Shown: positions 19,681 to 30,641 of the stretch, piece by piece | How the letters are laid out: each line of letters begins with the position of its first letter | How positions within the stretch are numbered: the stretch's first letter is position 1 | Origin: Actinomycetes bacterium | GTDB taxonomy: Bacteria > Actinomycetota > Acidimicrobiia > Acidimicrobiales > Acidimicrobiaceae | NCBI GenBank assembly: GCA_021810525.1 | Contig: JAJZIP010000002.1 | Coordinates: forward strand, 2,122-66,121 | Length of the DNA stretch: 64,000 bases | Reading direction: 5' to 3' | The notes under the pieces: model-generated | The model's database searches: none | What the model saw: the letters and a program-made list of their open reading frames with translations, nothing else | Told to the model about the DNA's origin: nothing | Made by a program: the position numbers and the translations under genes

Positions 19681-21882
19681 CTACCTGCTCTTTGCGGGAA
19701 GCACACGATATGCGTCAAACACAGAATCAAGCCTCTTTATCGACGCGAGAACAGACTCTAGATGGCTCGGATCGGCCAACTCGAACTCGAAACGCATGCG
19801 AGACACTCTATCCGCGCCGGCCTGAGATGAACTAGAAAGTATGTTGAGGTGATGTTCAGACAGCACCCTCGTAACGTCAGCCAGCAGATGCGACCTGTCC
19901 AGAGCTTTTATCTCGACCGTCGCCGCGAAGATCCCGGTAGTATCCCTGTCCCACTCGACCTCTATCAACCTGTCCTCGTTTGACGAGGCCAAAGCCACGG
20001 CATTGCTGCAGTCGATACGATGCACCGAGACCCCCCTTCCTCTTGTGACGAACCCGGTTATCTCGTCACCCGGCACTGGAGAGCAGCACTTGGAGAGCCT
20101 TATCATTACGTCATCGAGTCCCTCGACGTAGACCCCGGCTCCCTTGCGTTTTCTATGGAAGTTTCGCGAGGTGGTGACAGTAGAGGGAAGTTGGTCTTCC
20201 CCATCTCCTACCCTGAGTTCACGGAGCAGGCGTTGAGCCACCGCCTTGGCACTGACGTGTCCCTCGCCTATCGCAGCGTAAAGCGCCTCTAGATCGCTGT
20301 AGCCCAGTGCTTCAGAGATATGGGCGATCGGCTCGGAGGTGGACAGCTTCTGGGTTGGCAGATTCTCCTTGCGCATCGCCTTGGCAAGCTCATCTTTGCC
20401 TGTCTCGATGGCGTCCTCTCTGCGCTCACGTGAAAACCATTGCCGAATCTTGTTCCTGGCTCGTGGGGTTACAACGATCTTCAGCCAGTCTCGGGAAGGA
20501 CCGGCATTTTGAACCTTCGAAGTGAAGATCTCGACAGTATCACCGCTCTTGAGCTTGGAGTCAAGCGGCACCAAACGCTGGTTCACTTTTGCGCCTATGC
20601 ATCTATGGCCCACCTCGGTGTGAATCGAATAGGCAAAATCAATCGGAGTTGCCCCGGCGGGAAGCGTAATGACCTTCCCTTTTGGCGAAAAGACATAGAC
20701 CTCGTCAAGCTCGAGGTCAAGCCTAAGCGACTCGAGGAACTCCGCTGGATCCGGAGTCTCCTTTTGCCAATCGACGATCCGGTTCAGCCATACGATCTCA
20801 TCCTTCGATGAGCCCTCTTTGTAGCCCCAGTGCGCAGCCACACCGAATTCAGCCCGCCGATGCATGTCCTGGGTTCTGATCTGAATCTCAAGGGGATTCC
20901 CGCCATGTGACACAACCGTGGTGTGCAGTGACTGATAAAGATTGAACTTTGGAGAGTTTATATAGTCTTTGAACCTTCCGGGGACCGGTGACCAGATTGA
21001 ATGCACGACACCCAGTGCAGCCCAACAATCCTTCTCGGTTTCGGTGATAACCCGCATTCCAATTATGTCGTAAATGTCGTCAAACTCCTTGGCCTTCACC
21101 ACCATCTTTTCGTAGATCGACCAAAGGTGCTTGGGCCTACCTGTAACCTCAGCCTTGATGCCAACTTCGTCAAGACGATCCTTGGCCGCCTTGAGCACCG
21201 TTTCTAGATACTGTTCGCGCTCCGGATTCCTTGAGCTGACCATCCTATCGATCTCACCATATCGGCGTGGATGCAGCGTAGCAAAGGCAAGGTCCTCCAG
21301 CTGCCAGCGGATCTCTTGGATACCCAACCTATGTGCAAGGGGAGCGTAAATATCAAGCGTCTCCTGCGCGGTGCGGCGCTGCTTCCATTCCGGCAGCGCG
21401 CCTATGGTCTTCATATTGTGAAGCCGATCCGCCAGCTTTATGACAAGCACTCGGGGATCCTTGGCCATCGCGAGCAGCATTTTCCTCATCGATGCAGCCT
21501 GCTGTGCCTCCTTTGACTCGAAGCTGAGCCGATCAAGCTTGGTCACCCCGTCCACGATTGCTGCGACCGCTGGGTCATACAGGGTTGCAACGTCCTCCAA
21601 GCTGACGTTCGTGTCCTCAACCGAATCATGGAGAAGAGCTGCGGCGATTGTGATGTCGTCAACACCCAGAGAAGCCACGATGCGCGCAACCCCGTATGGA
21701 TGCACGAAATACGGCTCTCCAGAGGCACGAACCTGACCCACATGTGCAGCTATAGAGCCATACCATGCCTTCTCGATCAGGTCAGTTGAATGCTCCGGGT
21801 GCCGCACCAAATAGACACTCTCCAAGAGCGCCAGACCGGAATTCTCGCCATCAACTAGATCGGTTGTTGCAACACTACCCAT
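19681..21882 (-). CDS. relA: bifunctional (p)ppGpp synthetase/hydrolase (RelA/SpoT homologue)
   Basis: 733 aa. HD hydrolase (LLHDSVEDT), synthetase (YQSLHTTV), and TGS and ACT domains. Confidence 0.95.
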   Translation of the reverse strand: MGSVATTDLVDGENSGLALLESVYLVRHPEHSTDLIEKAWYGSIAAHVGQVRASGEPYFVHPYGVARIVASLGVDDITIAAALLHDSVEDTNVSLEDVATLYDPAVAAIVDGVTKLDRLSFESKEAQQAASMRKMLLAMAKDPRVLVIKLADRLHNMKTIGALPEWKQRRTAQETLDIYAPLAHRLGIQEIRWQLEDLAFATLHPRRYGEIDRMVSSRNPEREQYLETVLKAAKDRLDEVGIKAEVTGRPKHLWSIYEKMVVKAKEFDDIYDIIGMRVITETEKDCWAALGVVHSIWSPVPGRFKDYINSPKFNLYQSLHTTVVSHGGNPLEIQIRTQDMHRRAEFGVAAHWGYKEGSSKDEIVWLNRIVDWQKETPDPAEFLESLRLDLELDEVYVFSPKGKVITLPAGATPIDFAYSIHTEVGHRCIGAKVNQRLVPLDSKLKSGDTVEIFTSKVQNAGPSRDWLKIVVTPRARNKIRQWFSRERREDAIETGKDELAKAMRKENLPTQKLSTSEPIAHISEALGYSDLEALYAAIGEGHVSAKAVAQRLLRELRVGDGEDQLPSTVTTSRNFHRKRKGAGVYVEGLDDVMIRLSKCCSPVPGDEITGFVTRGRGVSVHRIDCSNAVALASSNEDRLIEVEWDRDTTGIFAATVEIKALDRSHLLADVTRVLSEHHLNILSSSSQAGADRVSRMRFEFELADPSHLESVLASIKRLDSVFDAYRVLPAKSR

Positions 21883-21945
21883 AGTTAAATTCTACTACCA
21901 CCCGAAAAGGCCGATCTGCGCCACAGATGATTTGAGGATTCTCCG

Positions 21946-23139
21946 CTACCTTCGACGGCCCTTAGATTTCTTCCTAGAGGACGGGCGATTTGATCCCTGC
22001 AACGACTCGACACTTACGAGCCTTGACTTTCCCGCGGCCCCAGCGGACGAGACCTGGACTCCCGCAACCTCCACATCCCCTCCGGCCGAAACTGCAACTT
22101 TGCTTTCAACCTTGTTGGTTCTTGTGCTCTTAGCAGCGCTCTTTAGCTGCGCTGCACCGATATTCTGCCTGAGAACCTTGTATCTTGGCTCTCTCTCCTT
22201 CAGCCAAGCCAAAATGGGCGAGGCGATGAAGATTGACGAATATGCACCGGTGGTGAGGCCGATAAAAAGTGCCAATCCAAAATCCTCGAGCGTCGTGGCA
22301 CCGAAAATGTACGCACCCACGATGAGTACAGAGAGAATCGGTATGATCGCAACCGTGGAGGTGTTAATCGACCTGGCAAGCACCTGATTGATTGAGTCGT
22401 TGACTGCGTCTGCGTATGCCCGGCGACCTACCTGAACCATGTCGGCGATATTCTCTTTGACTCGATCAAAGACGACGATGGTGTCATAGAGCGAGTAGCC
22501 CAGGATAGTAAGTACAGCAATTACAGTCGAGGGCGTCACCTGGAACCCGGACAGAGCGTAAATCCCCACCGTAACCAAGATGTCATGCACAACGGCAATC
22601 AGTGCAGCGAGGGCCATCTTCGGCTCAAAACGAAGAGATATATATATGGCGATGGCAAGAAAGAAAAATATCAGGGCTCTGATGGCCTTGGAGGTGATCT
22701 CCCCTCCCCAGGTCGGACCGACATCGGTGAGTGACACCTGGTTGACATTGACATGGGCGGCCTTCGCCAGTGCTGCTGATATAGAGTTCTCCTTGGCCGT
22801 CTTCGCGCTTTGAGTAAGTGTGTTCAGATCGGCTTGGACCTGAACGGTTCTGCTGCCACCCCCTCCAAGCGTAACGACAGTGGCAGACGAAAGGCCGAAC
22901 GGCGAAATTGCCGCCCTGGTTTGACCGACTGTCAAGGTTGCCGAGGGCACCTCCCACGAAACTCCACCCTTGAAGTCGATTCCAAAGTTGAGACCCCTAA
23001 TGACCAAAGAGGCAAGGCCTACAAGAATCACCACCCCAGAGATAGTGAACCAGCGCCTGGCGTGACCAATGAAGTTGATGTCGGTCTCACCCCTGAAAAG
23101 GCGTCCGAACGCTCTCTGTAGACTAAACCCTTGATTCAT
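21946..23139 (-). CDS. secF: protein translocase subunit SecF (with basic C-terminal extension)
   Basis: INFIGHARRWFTISGVV, GIDFKGG, then the 6-TM SecF core. Confidence 0.92.
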   Translation of the reverse strand: MNQGFSLQRAFGRLFRGETDINFIGHARRWFTISGVVILVGLASLVIRGLNFGIDFKGGVSWEVPSATLTVGQTRAAISPFGLSSATVVTLGGGGSRTVQVQADLNTLTQSAKTAKENSISAALAKAAHVNVNQVSLTDVGPTWGGEITSKAIRALIFFFLAIAIYISLRFEPKMALAALIAVVHDILVTVGIYALSGFQVTPSTVIAVLTILGYSLYDTIVVFDRVKENIADMVQVGRRAYADAVNDSINQVLARSINTSTVAIIPILSVLIVGAYIFGATTLEDFGLALFIGLTTGAYSSIFIASPILAWLKEREPRYKVLRQNIGAAQLKSAAKSTRTNKVESKVAVSAGGDVEVAGVQVSSAGAAGKSRLVSVESLQGSNRPSSRKKSKGRRR

Positions 23140-23189
23140 TACCCGATCTCTCCAAACCGAAGCAGTGCCATATCAGTCAATCCACCCAA

Positions 23190-24641
23190 TCAGCTCGACG
23201 TACCTGCAGGTACAGGAACTCTCTGGCTCCCAGAGCCCAAGCCTCTTGCCATTCCCCAGAAGCCGGGGCCAGTAACCTTCGACCACTGCCCCAAGATGAT
23301 AACCAATGGCCTCGTAAAGATATATGCAGTCAGCACATCCAAAAGCGTTGAAAGCCCCAGGAAGAACGCGAAACCGCGAACCGGGCCAATACTCAGAAGA
23401 TACAGCAAAAGCGCCCCAATGAAAGAGACTGCATCAGCCGCAATGATAGTTCGAAAGGCCCTCTTGAACCCCTTATCTACCGATGATCGGATAGTCTTGC
23501 CAGCTCTCACCTCATCCTTGAGGCGTTCAAAGAAGACGATGTAGGAGTCCACGGTAATCCCAACAGAGACTATCAGACCGGTTACTCCGGAAAGGTCCAG
23601 ACTCAACCCGGACGAGTGACCAAGGTAAGAGATGATCGACCACAGCAACGCTGCGCTTGTGCCAAGACCCAAAACCACGACGATCCCAAGGAGCCGATAG
23701 TAAAGGATTGTGTATATCATCACTGCCGCCAGTCCGATGAGACCGGCCAGTACTCCCGCCTTGAGGGAGGCTGCACCTAGAGTTGGTGATACGGTTTGAA
23801 CCGTCTGCTGCTGGAGCTGTACCGGTAGAGCGCCATATGAGAGCACGAGGGCGAGATCCTGAGCCTGAGTCTGGGTGAACGTACCGGAAATCTGTCCCTG
23901 CCCACCGAATGTTTTAGCGTTGATGGTCGGTGCGGACTCGACGATTCCGTCAAGAACCACAGCCAACTGCTGCTGGTAATACTTGGTAGCAATGGCATCG
24001 AATTTCGGTGAGCCGGCTGAAGTGAGCGTGAAGTTGACCACCCAGTTGCCACTTGAATTCACCGCGGCAAACGCGCTCTTTAGCGCGGCCCCCGTCAGCA
24101 GGGATGGTCCAACGATGTAGCGGGAGGTAGCATCACCCTTTATCGGCAAAAGCACGTTCTTGGTGTTGGAAACGTTGGTTACTGGAGTAGTCGCTACATA
24201 TGCCATTGCTGCGGACTCGGCCTGTGTGGTGGGGCAGGCCAATGCGGTGTCTGACGCAGGGACCACGGTGCCCTTCGGAGGCTTGGTGTAAGCGGGGACC
24301 TGACACTGCACGATCCTAAAGGAAAGCTGCGCAGTCTGACCAATTATCTGCAGGGCCCGAGATGCGTCTTTAACACCGGGAAGCTGAACCACGATATCGC
24401 TGCCCTGTTGAGAGATATTCGGTGAGGTGATTCCAAGCGCGTCGACTCGGTTTCTGATAATAGAGATCGTCTGATTTAGAGTTGCCTGGGTGACGGTGTG
24501 CGCCGGCTTATAGACGACAGAGGCGCCACCTTGCAGATCCAGTCCAAGCACCGGAGAGTAGTGTGCCACCAATACAGCTATGAACGAGCCAATGGAAATC
24601 AAAATGGTCGCGGCAACCAAGATTATGTTAGAACGCTTCAT
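23190..24641 (-). CDS. secD: protein translocase subunit SecD
   Basis: LGLDLQGG and GITVDSYIVFFERLKDE, with the SecD periplasmic domain and C-terminal TM bundle. Confidence 0.92.
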   Translation of the reverse strand: MKRSNIILVAATILISIGSFIAVLVAHYSPVLGLDLQGGASVVYKPAHTVTQATLNQTISIIRNRVDALGITSPNISQQGSDIVVQLPGVKDASRALQIIGQTAQLSFRIVQCQVPAYTKPPKGTVVPASDTALACPTTQAESAAMAYVATTPVTNVSNTKNVLLPIKGDATSRYIVGPSLLTGAALKSAFAAVNSSGNWVVNFTLTSAGSPKFDAIATKYYQQQLAVVLDGIVESAPTINAKTFGGQGQISGTFTQTQAQDLALVLSYGALPVQLQQQTVQTVSPTLGAASLKAGVLAGLIGLAAVMIYTILYYRLLGIVVVLGLGTSAALLWSIISYLGHSSGLSLDLSGVTGLIVSVGITVDSYIVFFERLKDEVRAGKTIRSSVDKGFKRAFRTIIAADAVSFIGALLLYLLSIGPVRGFAFFLGLSTLLDVLTAYIFTRPLVIILGQWSKVTGPGFWGMARGLGSGSQRVPVPAGTSS

Positions 24642-25024
24642 ATGTGTCTATTTCCCATTTCCAAACCGGGCATGCCCGTCCCTTGCAAACTCCTACACAC
24701 TACTACCCATTGACTCATCGCCCAATTTCAAAAAACTTCCCCAAAGCTTCGCTTTTACTTCCGATTCGAGCCGTGGCCTCAACCGATACCGATACAGGAC
24801 GACGCTCGCCAAAGACCAAGTCCGAACAATCCAGCTGGACATGGCCACATGTCTTCATGGCTCTTCACCAGAAGATCACTTTATCAGGTTGAACGCTTCA
24901 CCCCGAGCAGCTTAGAAGATAGCCACGAAAACCCCCGAGGCCGAGGACCCTGACCCATGAACCGAAAGGATCCGGCGAGCACTTGCATTCAGGCCTGAGC
25001 GCCACAAAACCTTGCAGCACTGAA

Positions 25025-25495
25025 TCAGTGTTGGTCGTCGTCTCCAGGCTGCCTAAGCTCTTCGTCATCGGCATCCACCGGCTTGACATCGTCAACCGGC
25101 GCGCCACTCGTGGAGTGCCCGTCCAAATCGACGTCGGAAGGCACTGAATCACCAACATGAGACTCAAGGTGCTCGTGAAGCTGGGAGAAGTCCTCGTCAG
25201 AAAATTGCGAAGACAAGTGCTCCTCCGATAGCTGGCTCTCCACATCGACGGATTCCGGCGCCTTGACTACGCTCCTCCGATCGAATACCAGCTCAATTCC
25301 GGGCGCCACCTCAACCACAGTCAAGTCTTGCGAAATCCTGTTCACGCGCCCATAGATCCCGGATCTAGTAAGGACCCGGTCACCTTCAGCGATCCTCTGC
25401 TGTTCCGCCTGAGCGGCTTTCAGCTTCGCTTGCTTGGGCCTGATTATTAGGAAGTAGAAAATTGCGAAAATCAGGATCGGTAAAATTAAACTCAC
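25025..25495 (-). CDS. yajC: preprotein translocase subunit YajC with long acidic C-terminal tail
   Basis: ILPILIFAIFYFLIIRPKQAK...GDRVLTRSGIYGRV is the YajC core. The tail is roughly 80 aa and Asp/Glu-rich. Confidence 0.85.
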   Translation of the reverse strand: MSLILPILIFAIFYFLIIRPKQAKLKAAQAEQQRIAEGDRVLTRSGIYGRVNRISQDLTVVEVAPGIELVFDRRSVVKAPESVDVESQLSEEHLSSQFSDEDFSQLHEHLESHVGDSVPSDVDLDGHSTSGAPVDDVKPVDADDEELRQPGDDDQH

Positions 25496-25728
25496 AGAAA
25501 ATACTCCATATTAAAAGGACGAATTACAAGTCTAATTCCCCGCAGCCAAACCACCCGACCGTGCATGTGCGCAACCCTGGCTCGACGGGAAATTGTCATA
25601 ACGCGTAAAGCTATCACATCTACAGAAGCATTTGACTTCAAACGCAAACATCCACTTCACCGCGAAAGGCTATGCGTTACAAGGCCAGTCCAGACCCGTT
25701 CATCCCCAGGGCCGCGATGCGCTGGCTC

Positions 25729-27036
25729 CTAAATGCTCGTCGTCGATCTCCGCTCCACTGCTGCGATGGCATTGATGAGGGTCGAGGTTCCTTCTTCAGC
25801 CTCGCCTTGGATGATAGACAGAGGCGGTGCGATCCTGAGCACATTTCCCTCCACGCCACCCTTTCCTATGAGAAGGCCCATCAATTTGGCCTCTTCCAGC
25901 ACCTCATCGGTGCCAGATGGCGACGGCAGGGAACTTCGCGGCTCCACGATCTCAATGCCAACCATAAGGCCCTTGCCTCTGACCTCAGCGACTATCGCCG
26001 AGCCACTCAACTCTTTGCGAAGCCGCGACATCATATATTTGCCGATGTGAAGAGCGTTGCTTTGCAGTTGGTTCTCGGCCAGATATCTCAGATTGGCAAG
26101 GCCGGCAGCGGTGGCAAGTGGGCTACCTCCGAACGTAGAGATCGATGAGCCCGGCAGAAAGTCCATAATTTCGGGCTTGGCGATTACTCCGGCCAATGCA
26201 AGCCCGTTTCCTACGCCCTTGGCAAAGGTGATGATGTCTGGCACCAGTCCATGAGCCTGATATCCCCAAAAATGATCTCCGGTCCTGCCCCATCCGGTCT
26301 GGACCTCGTCAGAGATGAAGAGTATTCCATACTCATCAAGTACTTCTTTTATTGCCCCAAAATAGCCGTCCGGGGGGAGAGTGAAGCCGCCGACCCCCTG
26401 TATCGGCTCCGCTATAAGGGCGGCAATCTTTCCACCGGTTCCATTCGATATCAGATCACGCAGATCCTCCACGCCCCTTCGGATATAGTCCCTGTCTGAA
26501 AGGCCGCTGAGTGGGCCGCGAAGTCGCGAACCGCCAAGGATGTAGCCAATATTGAGAGGGTAAAAGCTGGACGGAGAGTAGCCAGGATTGCCTGTAACCG
26601 CCATGGAGAGTAGCGAGCGGCCGTGATAGCTTCCACGCACTGCCAAGACAGTGTTCGAATCCCGGTAGCAGCTTGCCAAAAGGAGTGCGGTATCGTTGGC
26701 TTCGGTTCCAGAGGTAGTGAAAAAGACCTTGGCGTCCTCTATTCCTGAGAGCTTTGAGATCTCCTCCGCCAGTTCGATCATCGGCGAGATGAGGTACAGG
26801 GTCGATGAGTGAATCATCCTCGAAGCCTGATCATTAATTGCAGCTACCACTTCTGGAACCGAATGGCCTGTCATGGTTGTCAGTATCCCGCCAAAAAAAT
26901 CGAGATAGGTTCTTCCCTCTGCATCGGTTACGTGACGGCCCTTGCCAGATACCAGCTCGATCGGATCTGAGTAGTACAGCGCTAACCAACTTGGCAGCAC
27001 CCTGTTGTGTCTGGCCAGCGCATTCCTCTGATCCAT
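25729..27036 (-). CDS. class-III (PLP) aminotransferase, GabT-like
   Basis: FISDEVQTGWGRTGDHFW...ITFAKGVGNG (PLP lysine context). It occupies the same position as gabT between yajC and ruvB in my recollection of mycobacteria. Confidence 0.85.
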   Translation of the reverse strand: MDQRNALARHNRVLPSWLALYYSDPIELVSGKGRHVTDAEGRTYLDFFGGILTTMTGHSVPEVVAAINDQASRMIHSSTLYLISPMIELAEEISKLSGIEDAKVFFTTSGTEANDTALLLASCYRDSNTVLAVRGSYHGRSLLSMAVTGNPGYSPSSFYPLNIGYILGGSRLRGPLSGLSDRDYIRRGVEDLRDLISNGTGGKIAALIAEPIQGVGGFTLPPDGYFGAIKEVLDEYGILFISDEVQTGWGRTGDHFWGYQAHGLVPDIITFAKGVGNGLALAGVIAKPEIMDFLPGSSISTFGGSPLATAAGLANLRYLAENQLQSNALHIGKYMMSRLRKELSGSAIVAEVRGKGLMVGIEIVEPRSSLPSPSGTDEVLEEAKLMGLLIGKGGVEGNVLRIAPPLSIIQGEAEEGTSTLINAIAAVERRSTTSI

Positions 27037-27176
27037 CCGATTCCCCTCGACCTAGAGCGTAGTTTTCCAAGCGTCCCACTATCCAACCCGGGGGCACGAC
27101 CGCCTGTGGGGACACTCTGCGACAAACACTGTAGCACTTGTCTGAAACGCATAGCTCCTTCGAAGCTCTGCCCCAG

Positions 27177-28259
27177 CTACTCCGAAAAGAGCGATGCGCC
27201 CTGTGCGGGCGGCTCGAGACCTAGGTGCCGCCAAGCAAGCGGCCCAGCGACTCTACCGCGAGGAGTGCGCACCAAAAGCCCACATTTCATCAGAAAGGGC
27301 TCATACACGTCCTCAATGGTCTCTGGTTGCTCGCCGACTGTCACCGCCAGAGTGGAAAGTCCCACAGGATGGCCGGAAAAGGTCCTGCAAAGGGTGTCGA
27401 GAATCGCCCGGTCAACCTTGTCGAGCCCCAGCTCGTCCACCCCGAAAATATCCAACCCCTCCCGAGCCGTCCGTTTCGTGATCCTGCCGTCGGACTTGAC
27501 CTCGACAAAGTCGCGAACGCGGCGCAGCAGACGATTGGCCAGGCGTGGAGTACCTCGCGAGCGTGACGCTATCTCGCTTGCCCCCTCCTCGTCAGTATCG
27601 ACTCCGAGTATTTTACTTGACCTTTCAACGATCTGTCGGAGTTCCTCCACCTTGTAAAAGTCAAGCCTGGCCACAAAGCCGAATCTGTCACGGAGCGGTC
27701 CAGTAATCATTCCAGTGCGAGTAGTCGCCCCCACCAGGGTAAATTCTGGCAGTTCGAGCCTTATTGACCTGGCAGTGGGACCTTCACCGATGATGATGTC
27801 AAGCTTGAAATCCTCCATCGCTGGATAAAGGATTTCGGCAACGGCTGTCGACAGACGATGGATCTCATCGATGAAAAGGACATCTCCGCTGTGGAGGGAG
27901 GTGAGTATGGCGGCAAGGTCACCCCCTCTTAGCAAGGCCGGACCGGAAGTGACCCTAAAACCTGTCCCCATCTCATGGGCGACAATGGACGCCAAAGACG
28001 TCTTTCCAAGGCCCGGCGGGCCAGCAAAGAGAAAGTGATCTGCCGCTTGGCCACGTCTCTTTGCAGCTTCTAGGACTATATATAAATGGTTCTTCAGGTC
28101 TTCCTGTCCAACGAACTCCGCCAATGACATCGGACGCAGCGAGCTATCGACTGACGCCTCCATATCCTGAAGTTCCGGACCGACCTCGCGTTTGGAACCT
28201 CCTACGGACGGTTCATCCCCCACATTGGCGCCGGATAGCACTTCTTTCCTCGGACTCAC
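27177..28259 (-). CDS. ruvB: Holliday junction branch migration helicase RuvB
   Basis: [37 protein letters not shown]. Confidence 0.97.
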   Translation of the reverse strand: MSPRKEVLSGANVGDEPSVGGSKREVGPELQDMEASVDSSLRPMSLAEFVGQEDLKNHLYIVLEAAKRRGQAADHFLFAGPPGLGKTSLASIVAHEMGTGFRVTSGPALLRGGDLAAILTSLHSGDVLFIDEIHRLSTAVAEILYPAMEDFKLDIIIGEGPTARSIRLELPEFTLVGATTRTGMITGPLRDRFGFVARLDFYKVEELRQIVERSSKILGVDTDEEGASEIASRSRGTPRLANRLLRRVRDFVEVKSDGRITKRTAREGLDIFGVDELGLDKVDRAILDTLCRTFSGHPVGLSTLAVTVGEQPETIEDVYEPFLMKCGLLVRTPRGRVAGPLAWRHLGLEPPAQGASLFSE

Positions 28260-28846
28260 ACCGACAACTCCTTCAAGCAGTATTTCAACATATCTTCGAG
28301 GGAGAATTCAGCGGGTACCTTCTCTATTACCCCGCGTATCTGATCCTGGGCATAACCGAGCGAGATTAGCGCTAATCTCAGATCCGCAACAACGCTACCA
28401 TTTGGACCGGAACCCGATCCACCGAAGACATCTACCGAGCCAAGCTGGTCGAGCCTCCCCTGCATCTCGACGATCAATCGCAACGCAGTCTTTGGACCCA
28501 CTCCTGGAACCCTCTTCAGCACTGCGTGGTCGTTAGCTGCGATCGCGTTGACAAGCTCGTCCCGCGAAATCGAGGAAAGAATCGAAAGTGCCAGAGAAGG
28601 GCCCACCCCCTGAGCAGTTCTAAGAGCCTCGAACCAGGCCTTGTCCTGACTCGTTTCAAAGCCATAAAGAGTCATCGCATCTTCTCGCACCGACATCGAT
28701 ATTGAAAGCTTGACTTCTTGCCCAAGCTGGAGCCGGGACAGAAGATCAGTCGGGCAATGCACCAGGTAACCCACCCCGCCAACTTCAACTACAAGTAAAT
28801 TTGGAGGGGAAATCTGATCGACAACACCTTTCAGCGACCCAATCAT
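28256..28846 (-). CDS. ruvA: Holliday junction DNA-binding protein RuvA
   Basis: [29 protein letters not shown] is the canonical RuvA start. ATG 28846 overlaps the ruvC stop (ATGA). The 270-aa ORF-track version (to 29068) is an artefactual extension through ruvC. Confidence 0.93.
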   Translation of the reverse strand: MIGSLKGVVDQISPPNLLVVEVGGVGYLVHCPTDLLSRLQLGQEVKLSISMSVREDAMTLYGFETSQDKAWFEALRTAQGVGPSLALSILSSISRDELVNAIAANDHAVLKRVPGVGPKTALRLIVEMQGRLDQLGSVDVFGGSGSGPNGSVVADLRLALISLGYAQDQIRGVIEKVPAEFSLEDMLKYCLKELSV

Positions 28847-29355
28847 ACGCTCTCCGATCGGCCTGTAGCGCGAAGCGCACTTTGGAATGAATGGTTTGCG
28901 AGATAGCAGAATGCCAAGCCAAGCGCATCCGCAACATCTGGAGGACGCGGGATCTGCTCCAGCTTGGCAAGAACCTGAATCATCCTCTGAACCTGCAGCT
29001 TGTCCGCAGATCCATACCCGGCGACGGCCAATTTCACCTCGCTGGCAGAATACTCCACTATCTCGCATCCTGCTTCAAAGGCGGCAAGGAGGATCACTCC
29101 AGAAGCCTGACCAACCGACATGGCAGTCTTCGCATTGCTCCGAAACAAGATCCTCTCGATAGCGACGACTTCCGGCTTGAGTTCTGAAAGAATTTCTTGC
29201 ACGTCGCGAAGAAGAATCGAGAGCCTCTCTGGAACTGCAAGCTCCCTGGGAGTGGTGATGAGGCCAGCTGAGACAACCTCCGTAGACCTCACGGTCTGCC
29301 TGACCGCACCGTAGCCACATCGAGATAATCCTGGATCAATCCCTAGCACGAACAT
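28843..29355 (-). CDS. ruvC: crossover junction endodeoxyribonuclease RuvC
   Basis: MFVLGIDPGLSRCGYGAV. 170 aa. Confidence 0.93.
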   Translation of the reverse strand: MFVLGIDPGLSRCGYGAVRQTVRSTEVVSAGLITTPRELAVPERLSILLRDVQEILSELKPEVVAIERILFRSNAKTAMSVGQASGVILLAAFEAGCEIVEYSASEVKLAVAGYGSADKLQVQRMIQVLAKLEQIPRPPDVADALGLAFCYLANHSFQSALRATGRSESV

Positions 29356-29407
29356 TTGTTCGATATTACCCCATAAACGTGGCGATTGGAGACATTTTTG
29401 GGATAAT

Positions 29408-29869
29408 TCACTTGGCCTGCTTGACAGCCTCGATCAGCGCCGACGCCGGATCAAACGTCAAACCAGCAGTGGTGCGGCGCGCATAGGAGATCTTTCCTAA
29501 TCTATCGATCACAAAGACCGACCGCCGGTAGAAGCCCAGCGGACCCAGTATTCCGTACCTCTTACCCACTGACTTTTTCTCATCGGACAGCAAAGGAAAG
29601 CCGATCGACTGATCCTCGAAAAACCTCTTGTGGGAATCAATACCCTGCGGAGAGATTCCCAGGACTATAGCGCCCAAGTCCTCGAAGTTCTCCTTGTCCA
29701 ACGTGTATGAACGCAGCTGGGTGGTGCAAATCGGAGAGTTGTCCGCTGGGTAAAAGACCAGCACAACAACACTCCCGAAGAAATCGCTCAGGGAGTACGA
29801 CCCGCCGGGAACACCTTCAAGAGTGAACTCGGGAGCCTCGTCACCTACACCTACTACGGTCTCCACCAA
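29408..29869 (-). CDS. bcp: thiol peroxidase / peroxiredoxin (Bcp, AhpC/TSA family)
   Basis: APEFTLEG...VVLVFYPADNSPICTTQL holds the peroxidatic Cys context. The start abuts the yebC stop. Confidence 0.85.
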   Translation of the reverse strand: MVETVVGVGDEAPEFTLEGVPGGSYSLSDFFGSVVVLVFYPADNSPICTTQLRSYTLDKENFEDLGAIVLGISPQGIDSHKRFFEDQSIGFPLLSDEKKSVGKRYGILGPLGFYRRSVFVIDRLGKISYARRTTAGLTFDPASALIEAVKQAK

Positions 29870-30619
29870 CTAGACGCTCACCGATTCCAAGATGGCGTCG
29901 GGGATATCGAAGTTGGAGTAGACGCTCTGTACGTCATCGTTGTCTTCTAGGGCATCCATCAGTTTCAGGACCTTTTTGGCTTCGCTCTCCTCCGAGATCT
30001 CTACCGTCGAATTCGGGAGCATGACAAGCTCGGCACCAAGTACTGCAAAACCGACTTTCTCGAGGCCGCCTCTTACCGCGGACAGATCTCCGGGAGCACA
30101 AACTACCTGCCATTGATCGCTCAGATCCTGCACGTCCTCCGCGCCCGACTCCAGTGCAGCCAGAGTCAGAGAATCTTCCTCGGCTGAACGATCGATCGCG
30201 ATGACACCCTTTCGCTCGAACTGCCACGACACCGCACCCGGCTCCGCCATGGACCCTCCGCTCTTGGAGAAGATGCTCCTGACATCCGCGCCGGTGCGGT
30301 TCCTATTGTCGGTGAGGCATTCCACAATCACTGCGATACCTCCGGGACCGTAACCTTCGTAGTTGATCGCCTCATATCTAACGCCATCCAGCTCCCCGGT
30401 CCCACGCTTGATTGCTCGTTCTATTGTGTCGAGAGGCACAGATGCCTCTCGCGCCTTGGTGAACATGGTCCGAAGAGTCGCATTCGAGTTGATGTCTCCT
30501 CCGCCTTCGCGCGCAGCGACTTCAACCTGTCGTATTAGCTTGGCAAAGAGCTTTCCGCGAGCCTTGTCCTGAGCGCCCTTTTTATGCTTTATCGTTGCCC
30601 ATTTTGAGTGGCCAGACAT
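29870..30619 (-). CDS. yebC: YebC/PmpR family DNA-binding transcriptional regulator
   Basis: MSGHSKWATIKHKKGAQDKARGKLFAKL is the canonical N-terminus. I chose ATG 30619 over the ORF-track start at 30655. Confidence 0.93.
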   Translation of the reverse strand: MSGHSKWATIKHKKGAQDKARGKLFAKLIRQVEVAAREGGGDINSNATLRTMFTKAREASVPLDTIERAIKRGTGELDGVRYEAINYEGYGPGGIAVIVECLTDNRNRTGADVRSIFSKSGGSMAEPGAVSWQFERKGVIAIDRSAEEDSLTLAALESGAEDVQDLSDQWQVVCAPGDLSAVRGGLEKVGFAVLGAELVMLPNSTVEISEESEAKKVLKLMDALEDNDDVQSVYSNFDIPDAILESVSV

Positions 30620-30641
30620 CTGGATATCTCCCTTAATTTCT

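Noticed and set aside
24898-25245. 115-aa minus-strand ORF spanning the end of yajC
   Set aside because: It is out of frame with, and overlaps, the well-supported yajC. Its composition is Arg/Ser/Cys-rich.
28847-29068. 74-codon N-terminal extension of ruvA in the ORF track
   Set aside because: It overlaps ruvC out of frame. The canonical RuvA N-terminus MIGSLKG starts at 28846 with an ATGA junction to ruvC.
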